From the NCBI RefSeq assembly GCF_963676685.1, contig NC_092347.1, positions 5,518,001-5,582,000 of the forward strand: DNA of 64,000 nucleotides, written 5' to 3'. Shown piece after piece: positions 29,601 through 41,600 of the stretch. Both the position numbers and the translations under genes were made by a program. How positions within the stretch are numbered: position 1 is the first letter of the stretch; every line of letters starts with the position of its first letter. The notes beneath the pieces are model-generated. The model worked only from the letters and a program-made list of their open reading frames with translations. It was not told the DNA's origin and searched no databases. This DNA comes from Mytilus edulis. Taxonomy: Eukaryota.

Positions 29601-32600
29601 CTAAACAGGTTATATATCTTACAGCTAATTCGGCCAGTTCTATCGTCCTCCTTATTGTGACAGTATTTAATAACTTTTCAAAGTCTTTGGATCTCTCTCT
29701 CATGGGGAAGTTACTCACTTCAAGATTAGAGTAAAATGCCTAGAAAAGTAATGGTAAATGTTATATAATAACAATAAAATTTATAGATAACTTAAGTTAA
29801 AAAATAAGGAAAATACTATTAGATTAAAAAAATTAATAGAACAGACACCCACCCCACAATGAAGAATTTCGTATATATGAAATATAATGTATGTTTACAG
29901 TACAACCATCATTAGAAAAGTATTTAACATACCTTTAAAAGGCTAAATTTTTGCCCCAGTTTTTTAACAAACTTTTCCTAGCTTTTGATAAAACATGCAA
30001 CAATATATTACTGTAAATTCATTTATTTTTGTGGGATACCAATTTTAGTCAATTTCTTGGTTTCAGGTGAACCACAAATTTAAATGTTCATGAAAATACA
30101 ATGTTTCCTGAATCCATGAAAATAGGTACCCATGACGATAACTGAATCCCCAGTAAACCTCCTTAAATTGGTACCCACGACAATAACTGAATCCCCAGTA
30201 ATCCTCCTAAAATTGGTACCCACAAATATAACTGAATCCCCAGTAAACCTCCTAAAATTGGTACCCACGACAAAAACTGAATCCCTAGTAATCCTCCTAA
30301 AATTGGTACCCACGACGATAACTGAATCCCCAGTAATCCTCCTAAAATTGGTACCCACCACGATAACTGAATCCCCAGTAATCCTCCTAAAATTAGTACC
30401 CACGAATATAACTGAATCCCCAGTAAACCTCCTAAAATTGGTACCCACGAATATAACTGAATCCCCAGTAAACCTCCTAAAATTGGTACCCACGACGATA
30501 ACTGAATCCCCAGTAAACCTCCTTAAATTGGTACCCACGAAGATAACTGAATCCCTAGTAAACCTCATAAAATTGGTACCCACGAAGATAACTGAATCCC
30601 CAGTAAACCTCCTTAAATTGGTACCCACGAAGATAACTGAATCCCCAGTAAACCTCCTAAAATTGGTACCCACGAAGATAACTGAATCCCCAGTAAACCT
30701 CCTAAAATTGGTACCCACGAAAATAACTGAATCCCCAGTAAACCTCCTAAAATTGGTACCCACGAAGATAACTGAATCCCCAGTAAACCTCCTTATACTG
30801 GTACCCACGAAGATAACTGAATCCCCAGTAAACCTCCTAAAATTGGTACCCACGAAAATAACTGAATCCCCAGTAAACCTCCTTAAATTGGTACCCACGA
30901 AGATAACTGAATCCCCAGTAAACCTCCTAAAATTGGTACCCCTGATGATAACTGAATCCCCAGTAAACCTCCTAAAATTGGTACCCACGAAGATAACTGA
31001 ATCCCCAGTAAACCTCCTCAAATTGGTACCCACGAAGATAACTGAATCCATAGTAAACCTCCTAAAATTGGTACCCATCAAGATAACTGAATCCCCAGTA
31101 AACCTCCTTATATTGGTATCCACGAAGATAACTAAATCCCCAGTAAACCTCCTAAAATTGGTACCCACAAAGATAACTCAATCCCCAGTAAACCTCCTAA
31201 AATTGGTACCCACGAAGATAACTGAATCCCCAGTAAACCTCCTAAAATTGGTACCCACGAAGATAACTGAATCCCCAGTAAACCTCCTAAAATTGGTACC
31301 AACGAAGATATCTGAATCCCCAGTAAACCTCCTAAAATTGGTACCCACAAATATAACTGAATCCCCAGTAAACCTCCTTAAATTGGTACCTACGAAGATA
31401 ACTGAATCCCCAGTAAACCTCCTAAAATTGGTACCAACGAAGATAACTGAATCCCCAGTAAACCTCCTAAAATTGGTACCCACAAAGATAACTGAATCCC
31501 CAGTAAACCTCCTTAAATTGGTACCCATGAAGATAACTGAATCCCCAGTAAACCTCCTTAAATTGGTACCCACGAAGATAACTGAATCCCCAGTAAACCT
31601 CCTTAAATTGGTACCCACAAAGATAACTGAATCCCCAGTAAACCTTCTTAAATTGGTACCCACGAAGATAACTGAATCCCCAGTAAACCTCCTTATATTT
31701 GTACCCACAAAGATAACTGAATCCCCAGTAAACCTCCTTAAATTTGTACCCACGAAGATAACTGAATCCCCAGTAAACCTCCTTATATTGGTACCCACGA
31801 AAATAACTGAATCCCCAGTAAACCTCCTTAAATTGGTACCCACGAAGATAACTGAATCCCCAGTAAACCTCCTAAAATTGGTACCCACGAAAATAACTGA
31901 ATCCCCAGTAAACCTCCTAAAATTGGTACCCACGAAGATAACTGAATCCCCAGTAAACCTCCTAAAATTGGTACCCACGAAGATAACTGAATCCCCAGTA
32001 AACCTCCTAAAATTGGTACCCACGAAAATAACTGAATCCCCAGTAAACCTCCTTAAATTGGTACCCACGAAGATAACTGAATCCCCAGTAAACCTCCTAA
32101 AATTGGTACCCACGAAGATAACTGAATCCATAGTAAACCTCCTAAAATTGGTACCCACGAAGATAACTGAATCCCCAGTAAACCTCCTAAAATTGGTACC
32201 CACGAAGATAACTGAATCCCCAGTAAACCTCCTAAAATTGGTACCAACGAAGATATCTGAATCCCCAGTAAACCTCCTAAAATTGGTACCCACAAATATA
32301 TCTGAATCCCCAGTAAACCTCCTAAAATTGGTACCCAAGAAGATAACTGAATCCCCAGTAAACCTCCTAAAATCAAATGAAACTTTACATTTCAATTGGT
32401 GCATATTCATAGGAAGATTTTAATTGAAACTAAGAAGTAACTAGAGAAGTTTGTGTTACCTGGTTACCATGGTTACTGACCTGTACTGCTCTCCCTTTGA
32501 CCTTCATATCATCCCAGCATTCTTTCTTAATCATCTCTCTCAAATATATCTTAGCCAAATTGTCAAACTCTATCTCTTCTCTCACCTACAATAAGTTTAT

Positions 32601-35600
32601 ATATATTAATATTCAAATGATAACCTTAATCTACTATGTTACACCAAATATTGCCAAAATGTAGTCATTTTGTTACAAGTTCTACATACTAGCATACGGT
32701 TCCTTTACAAAGGGGATTACAGATACAGAGATAAGAGGTAAGAGGTAAGGTAAGGTTAATCTTCGGCATGGCTATGCAATACTTCACAGATTTTTTTTAG
32801 TTTGTATCTTTTATTATTTTGAATATTTCTTGTTCTTATATCTGATTGGGATCCTAAACAGTGTACTAAGAAGTAGTTTAAAACTTGTTTGTTGGAAGGT
32901 TTCTATAATAACAGAAACAATTCACTTTTTCATCAGTTAGTAAAGGGGAGATAATCAACCATATCTTTTTTATTCCTTTTAGTTGAAGTTTTGATTTATT
33001 ATGCTTACTCTTTGAACTTCAGAATCAGCCTCTGTCTGCAATCTGTTTTGTTCTTCAATGTCAAGGTCAAACTCATGACGCCCAAGTTTCTCAATAGCTG
33101 GTAAAGTTTCATTCTGTTTTAACATTTCTTGAATCTAAATAGAAAGTTAAAGATTCATACAGCTCTCCATCTCTATTTGGAACTTGAACAAAAAGTATAT
33201 TCATGATATTTTCTACTATAAAAATATATAAAAATTATCAAAATGTTTGGCTATAAATACCCAAGATTATTAAATCCAGGCAAGGTAAAAACAGAAAGTA
33301 GAACATGGAAAAAACTGAAATCATAGGAATACATTCTACAAAGTCAGAAAAACAAGAATTCTAATGCAATTTGTTTGTAACAATAATTTTCACTGGACAT
33401 TGACAAATATTTTGAAGTGGTTTTACTGTCGCAATTATCTGTTTACCTAGCTCCGTTACACGTGGCTAGGTAAACTTAATTTGTTACAGTTTAATCTACA
33501 TTTTATGACGGCCAAGCTTTATATACAATACAGTAAACTCCTAAGTAACTTGTAGCATAGTAGACAAAGAAAGAACTACATGTGAATAAAGGCATAAAAG
33601 AAAATTAATTGGTTGCCAGTTATTTAAAAGATACAACGGCTGCTTTTATATTTCTTAATGCATACTTTATGGTAACAAAGTAATAATATCAAATGATAAA
33701 ATCTTACTGTTCTTCTCATATCTCTTATCTGTACTCTCAAATCTTTCTTTACGTCATGATACTGTGCATCTTCAGCTTTCACCCACTATAAATGACAAGG
33801 TCTTGTTATCAAATATTGTAATTATGTATGCAGTGCTGAATTTTTTTATACTATCCTTATCTATTCGTCACAAATATTATCTTTCTCATGGATGTCTTCA
33901 TTTTGTAAGTAAATTGGACACAGGAAATTATATGTTGAAATTTTGAATACATTATTAATTAAGGAGGATCAAGGGTATAAAAATTTCAGAAAAAAATTAA
34001 ACTTTTTTTTTTATTACAAATTTTATTTATTACTTTAATAGTCTTAGTTTATCATATGGTACAAAAATCATTCAAGTAAATCAATTCGTTTTGGCCCAAG
34101 ATGACTTTTAAAATGGATGTATCTTTGAAAAAGCTCCAAATTATCTCCCTTTGGTGTAAAAATGCCATTTTTTGGCATTAAAATTGAAATATCTTTTTTA
34201 AATCATCGGTGACCTATATTTTTTATTATTATGTACTTAAACCTAATTATTGTAAAATTTTAGTGATTTCTGTAATTTAGTTCTTTTTTAATTATTACCT
34301 CTTTTTCTCCTGTTAGTTCAATAGAAAAAAATTCTATTTTTACCAAAATGTATGCTTCTTTCTAAGGCAGATTGTGAGGGTAAATGAACGGTGACCCCAT
34401 TTTTTTATTTCATTTTTCAAATAAGTATAAGATAAAGTTCATTTGTAGAAAAATATAGCGAAATCTTATATTAAGGAAAAAAATTGATTTAGACCCGCGA
34501 ACCCCCTTAAATTGAATTTGTTTCTGTAATGGGTTATTAGAACAATCTTACTTTTTCTTTATACATACAAATGCCATTCAAACTGAATCAACTAAAGATA
34601 AGTGAGTGATACCTCCAGTTTCTGCATATCTTGCCATGTGGCGTTGGTAGCTGCTGTTGGTGTAGGAGTTCTGTAAATCTCGTCAGAAGCCAAAGCTTGC
34701 TCTAATGCTGCTCGTTCCTACATAACAAACAGTAAACAAATATTAAACTGCTTCAATAAAAGCTGTGTAATTATTAACCACCAGATCAGAACATTTTATT
34801 CAGAAAAGATATTTCTAGAAATAATATTGATCAAATTAGACAATGATTGCATCATTGCAATTATAAATATTTAAACAATATTCTTTATTATGGATCTGCT
34901 GTTTTAAACTTGAGCATGTTTTCAATTAAATTTTATCTTACACTTTTAGCATTCCTCATAAAAGGATTATCAAAACTATCTTTCCAAATTCAAATGGTAT
35001 TTGAGATTATAATACAAGTATCACCCATATTTTAAAACATTTTCAAACTCCCAATGTTCCAAGCAATGTGTTCATACATGCATGCTAAGCATTATCTTAT
35101 CCTTGTCAGTAGAGTATGGATTTATTTATTTTTGTGGATTGAGTAAAACTTGCATTTTTGTGGATAATATGATTTTGTGTTTTTGTCATAGATTCCAGAT
35201 ATTTCTAAGGAAAGTTAATTGAACATTTAAATTTGTATTTCCCCTGTACCCATCAAATCCACCAAAGTTGGTATCAAATGAATAAATATGAATCTACAGT
35301 ACATAAATTGTCGTACAAAATTGTTATAGACCATCCACTGACAAGGACATTCACATTCAACACAGCATTTTAAAATAAGCTAAAATTATAAGTTGAACCC
35401 ATACAACATACAGTTATCAAATACAAATATTATATGACACAGTAAATAACAAATCTATTTGCCAACATTCCCTACCTAAAACATTATTGGTATGTATATT
35501 TAAAGCTGCATAATATGTATATGAATATATGCACTTTAAGTTACTATTTCTATTTTTACTTTTGTACTTAAATAAAAAGTTTCAGAAAATTGGCAAATAC

Positions 35601-38600
35601 ATTTCACAAATAATGAGATAAATCACAGCCACCTTTTGTTTACAATATAAATAAGCATACCAGAGGGGTCATACAAAAAGTATCTTTTTCAAAAATATAG
35701 AAATGAGAATATGAATTGAACATATGTGGGTGAAACCAGGCTTGAATTTTATCCTGCAATTTGAAACAGATAATAGCAAATGATTGTTTTGTATAAATCA
35801 CTTAAAAAGAAAGATAACTCCTCATCTGCTTTCTTTGTTCTTTTTAAAAAGAAATTTAATACTATGTATGACCCCTTACAAGCATACGTTAATCCATTCC
35901 TTTGCACTCAGCATGTGAATGTACAACACCAACAAGACCTGTAAATTTGTCAGGTCCACAGCAAGCTGAAAGAAAGAAAATTTTATCACCATTTTTGTCA
36001 TTATTTTACTGTCAACCTTTTCAGACTGGTCCATTTCAGCTGATGTTGGTCTGTCTGACCGGAGAGGTGGTACCCAGTCAGACATTTTTCTGACCACTTC
36101 ATCTTGATCTTTCTGTCCCTGCATTAACTTTGTCTTCCTTGCTCGTGCTGACTCCATGGCTGATTTAGCTTTTCCTATTCCTGTTGTTGAGTAGCTTAAA
36201 TAAAAGAAAATATCTGTCATTTAATTTGATTTTATTTATTATTGTAAATATCAAATACTTTATATGCAACCTAATTTTTAAGCCATTTTTGGGGGTTCAG
36301 GATTTTTTATTACTTCCCTTTATAGCTTTAATATCTGCAGTCAATTACTTCCCTTTATAACTCTAATATTTGCAGTAACTTACTTCCCTTTATAAATCTA
36401 ATAATTTTAGTGGCTTACTTCCCTTTATAAATCTAATGTTTCCAGTGACTTACTTCCCTTTATAAATCAAATAATTCTATTGGCTTACTTCCCTTTATAA
36501 ATCTAATATTTCTAGTCACTTACTTCCTTTTATAAATCTAACATTCCAATGACTTACTTCCCTTTATAAATCTAATAATTTTAGTGGCTTACTTCCCTTT
36601 ATAACTCTAATATTTGCAGTAACTTACTTCCCTTTTGTAAATCTAATAATTCTAGTGGCTTACTTCCCGTCATAAATCTAATATATCTAGTCACTTACTT
36701 CCCTTTATAAATCTAATAATTCTAGTGACTTACTTCCAGCTATAGCAGCAGATAACACCATCTTGTCCAGTAGTAAATACACTCTGACTATCATCTGAGA
36801 AAGCTATGTTCCTCACACCACCACTGTGGTAGTCATGTGGTCTAATGGAAATGAAACGGTCCTACAAATACAAATCTCTCCATTTATCAATCTGAAAATC
36901 ATAACTGATATGATTTGGAGATCAACAAACATAAAAATTTTGAAAAGTTTTTATTGTGCATATTAAACCAGGTTCTTGGAAAACTATTTTCAAGATCATA
37001 TGAATGAAATTGTATACCGATAAGAATATGTTATCATGTTTCATAAAAAAAAATTTTTTTTAAATCTATCATGATTTGTTTATTTACTTTAAACAGAGCT
37101 GAAAATGTCATTACTTAGTAATAAATCTTTTCAAAGACTTCAAATATATCCCATAACCTTAACTGATACACATACCAAACTTCCTATAGCTCTGACTTGT
37201 ACATAACCTTAACTGATCCACATACCAAACTTCCTATTGCTCTGACTTGTACATAACCTTAACTGATACACATACTAAACTTCCTATTGCTCTGACTTGT
37301 ACATAACCTTAACTGATACACATACCAAACTTCCTATTGCTCTGACTTGTACATAACCTTAACTGATCCACATACCAAACTTCCTATTGCTCCGACTTGT
37401 ACATAACCTTAACTGATACACATACCAAACTTCCTATTGCTCTGACTTGTACATAACCTTAACTGATCCACATACCAAACTTCCTATTGCTCCGACTTGT
37501 ACATAACCTTAACTGATACACATACCAAACTTCCTATTGCTCTGACTTGTACATAACCTTAACTGATCCACATACCAAACTTCCTATTGCTCCGACTTGT
37601 ACATAACCTTAACTGATACACATACCAAATTTCCTATTGCTCTGACTTGTACATAACCTTAACTGATCCACATACCAAACTTCCTATTGCTCTGACTTGT
37701 ACATAACCTTAACTGATCCACATACCAAACTTCCTATTGCTCTGACTTGTACATAACCTTAACTGATCCACATACCAAACTTCCTATTGCTCTGACTTGT
37801 ACATAACCTTAACTGATAAACATACCAAACTTCCTATTGCTCTAACTTGTACATAACCTTAACTGATACACATACCAAACTTCCTATTGCACTGACTTGT
37901 ACATAACCTTAACTGATACACATACCAAACTTCCTATAGCTCTGACTTGTACATAACCTTAACTGATCCACATACCAAACTTCCTATTGCTCCGACTTGT
38001 ACATAACCTTAACTGATACACATACCAAACTTCCTATTGCTCTGACTTGTACATAACCATCAATACCATAACTAGCCAACCATTTACCATGTGGAGACAG
38101 TAATAATTTAGCTCCTGGTAACTGGTGTCCTGGGAACTCTGTTTCTGGTAACAAAGGCTCAGCATGACCCTAAAAACAAAAGCATTTTATATGTGATATA
38201 ACCTTCAGTTAGTTTTAGTAATATTTATGTTCTACTTCTGTTAAATCGAATGTGCATTTATAATGATTGAATACACAAATTGCAAGATATTTATAAAATC
38301 AATACATTTTACACACTTCTCACAAATATCTTGGCACTAATGTGAACAAGGTGAACTGCTATACACATTACGCCAACTTGAAGTAATGATTGATGGGGTA
38401 ATGGTAAAACATGCTTAAATGACACTTTCTACCAATTTTAAGAAGCTTTGATTTGGAGCTCCTGATGAACTGTCTGTTTACTCAAAAAAAAAATTGCAAT
38501 GTCATTAGCTAAATCATTAAAATTAATTGAAAGAAAGAAGATATTTCAGAAATGTACAGAATCTGAATGATTTCTACTAATAATGTAAAGTGAACAAAAG

Positions 38601-41600
38601 GACAATAAGAAGAAAGTATTCCCTTTTTGTCCTTGATACATTTGAAGTGATAAGATAGAGATATTTCCCTCCAAAACATATATTAACACACACATCACAG
38701 ATGTTATAAACAAACCCATGTCCACATCATTATACAAAATAATTAGTGGTTTCACAACATATTTGAAAAATCCACAGAGCAGACTACTATTATAAGATAG
38801 TCACCATTAGTTTGATTGTCTTTTAGTATCAGCAACATAGCAGTATTAAAGATCACAGGAAACGATTTTTAAATTTTGTTTTTATTTATTAGATATAAAC
38901 TTCTTATTTGTTTTATTCGAAAAAAATCAGAATTATTGTCAAAATCCGTATTTATATCCATAAAACCCCCTCCGAAAGTTCTGTCAGTATCGGGTGTGTT
39001 CATGACTTACTTCCCTTGAATTGAATCTTTTGTCTACGTCATACGTGCCATAGCTTTGTTTACAGCTGATCACCATGCGTAGTATACAACTGATATAAAA
39101 AATTGTTAAGTATGTCTAGTTCCGGAGCAAGTGATGTTGACGAGTTACCAGAATTAGGAATAAAAGGTTCGTCTGTGCATCCGTATCAGTATGAACCAAC
39201 AGTTCTTCCGGGAAGAGTTATTTCCGAGTCGGAAAGTGACCCTGACAGTGACACTGACAGTGATAGCAAGTTGGATGCATCGGACGACGATATGCCATTG
39301 CCGGGATTAGAAACAGAAGTAGATGACATTAGCTTATGGTAAATCAGCCCTTATTTTTATTCAGTTCTGAAAATAATTTAAAAAAATGCATACTGCAATG
39401 TTAAAACGGAGTCGGGGTAAAAAAAAGGGGGGGGGGGTATTGTTGTTGTTTTCTCTTCGTAAACAAATGCGGCTAAAGGTCATTTTAACTTATGCTATAG
39501 TATGTCTATATGCTAAATCAAAATAAAGTTTTTTTCTTACTTACTTTCTTTTGGTTTTTTTTTACAAGAACGCAAATAAGGCTTACAGACCAGCTTGTAT
39601 TAGTACATATATAGAAATGTAAAGTGATGTACATGTAGGCGGAAATAATATAAAAAAGAAGATGTGGTATGATTGCCAATGAGACAACTATCCACAAAAG
39701 ACCAAAATCACACAAACATTAACAATTATAGGTCACCGTACGGCCTTTTAAAATAACATTCATGTATCTTGTCCCATGGCCATGGGTGTTCATACTATTA
39801 AGAATTCATCATAACTTTACAATTTCCATTGTAAAAGCATGCACATGACATACAAAAATATATAATCTTGCTCACACACACAGTATTTAATTATAAGCAG
39901 GCGAGATTGCTCATAATTTTCCCAAAACAAGAATGTTTACTAAAAACATGTGCAAATACACTGTGCTTAAACGGCTGTGGGTAACTTAAGTTACCCACAG
40001 CCCAAGATGGAGCCGCCTTGCGTCGGTTAGATACTTTTCTTCTATAGAATAACAATACCACGAATGCATCAATTAAACAACTGAATTTAAAAGTTGTATT
40101 AATCGTTTAGGGAAACCCCTAAACTGGAAAGGTGATTAAGTTCTACAAAATAAACGATCACAGCACGATTTAAAAAAACACTTAGGCTGTCCGTAACTTC
40201 AAAACAACTTGTCCGTAACTTTTTTCATCATTCCAATAGAGATGTCCGTAACTTTCAAAGAATCGACATACGCGGATGTAATGTTTAAACTGATGATAGA
40301 GATTGCATCGAATACATATTCACAAAACGAAGTAGATGTCTAGTATGATATAATTCATTGTATCGATGGAAGACAAAATTGGGAAAAATATGAAAAAAAT
40401 CACGATAAATCCGCAAAACTCGGGTCTCATTTTGTATAACGTCGGGGTACCCGAATCGCCTAGTTCGGAGGGTTGTTTCCGCGATCATAGCAGATAAACT
40501 GTTGAAACATCATTGTTCGTTTTTATTTTTGAACAAGTAGACTACACAAGTATTTTTTACACATACATGTAGCATGTATACACTTACTGATTTTCTGCCA
40601 GCAACGACAAGGGTATCGTGAATCCGGGATTTTGGAGGGGAACCCAAATTGCCCAGGCATGCAGTGGATAGACTATACGAGACTTAAGTGCACAAAATTT
40701 TTCCGTTTTTTTTTAAAAAGCCAAAAACACTTTTCTCTCATGCTCACAAAAACAAATCCCATTTGCATTGACAGTAAAATAAAAGGGGTGTCAATCTGGA
40801 CACACTGGGACGTTGCGCACGGTAATATTGAGGCACCCTGGCCAAGATTTACAGTAAATGGGAAAACGTAAAAAAGGACATTTTGTATAAATGAATAAAC
40901 CTAGTTTTACAGCTAGCTGCATATTTCATTTGTATGCAAGTTGCATTAAATCTCATTAAACTGAATAAAACTAAAAGACACAATAGGTAAAAGTCAGTGA
41001 CATTAAAAGGAAAAGAGCAGTCAACATAGTGTAACAATTCGACACAGTATATAAAAATATAAATAACTACGTAGGACAACAGGGTAATTTAATAGTCTAA
41101 CAACCCCTGATAACATACAAAGAGAGAAAACAAAACATACTAGCAAACATATTCAAAAAATCATAACACTAAAACTAACTGGTGGGATGTATAAATACCG
41201 AGCCGCGTCAAAGAGTATTCATCAAAATAAACATAGAAAGAAACAGAGGTGAAGGTAAACCGCAAACATGTAATTAAACTCAAAACATTAAAGAGTATGG
41301 AAAAGCCTTGGTCTGACAAGCGAAAAACGACGATAAGACGCACATCAGTAAATAAAAGTTCAAACCATAACCAGGATGGAGTACCACAAACCCCACATAA
41401 AACTTCTGTGGTGTAAGTATGATGCGTTAATAAAATCACATTTGGTGGTGAATGAGTAGTATAAACGGCCGCGAATGTTACAAATATGATGTTAATTGTC
41501 TTCTAATTGTTGAAATTATAATTCTAAAAATTTTAAATCAAAAGTTACCCACATCTAAAAATAAAGTTACGGACAGTCTGCTTAGTTTCGATCAAAAAGT

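Noticed and set aside
30132-32423. 763-aa ORF and antisense 362/410-aa ORFs
   Set aside because: Translations of a 45-bp stop-free minisatellite derived from a MITE end; no gene structure.
32452-32480. Three GTAAC motifs after the donor of exon 32481-32585, as an incipient donor array
   Set aside because: Too short (8-9 bp units) to distinguish from chance.
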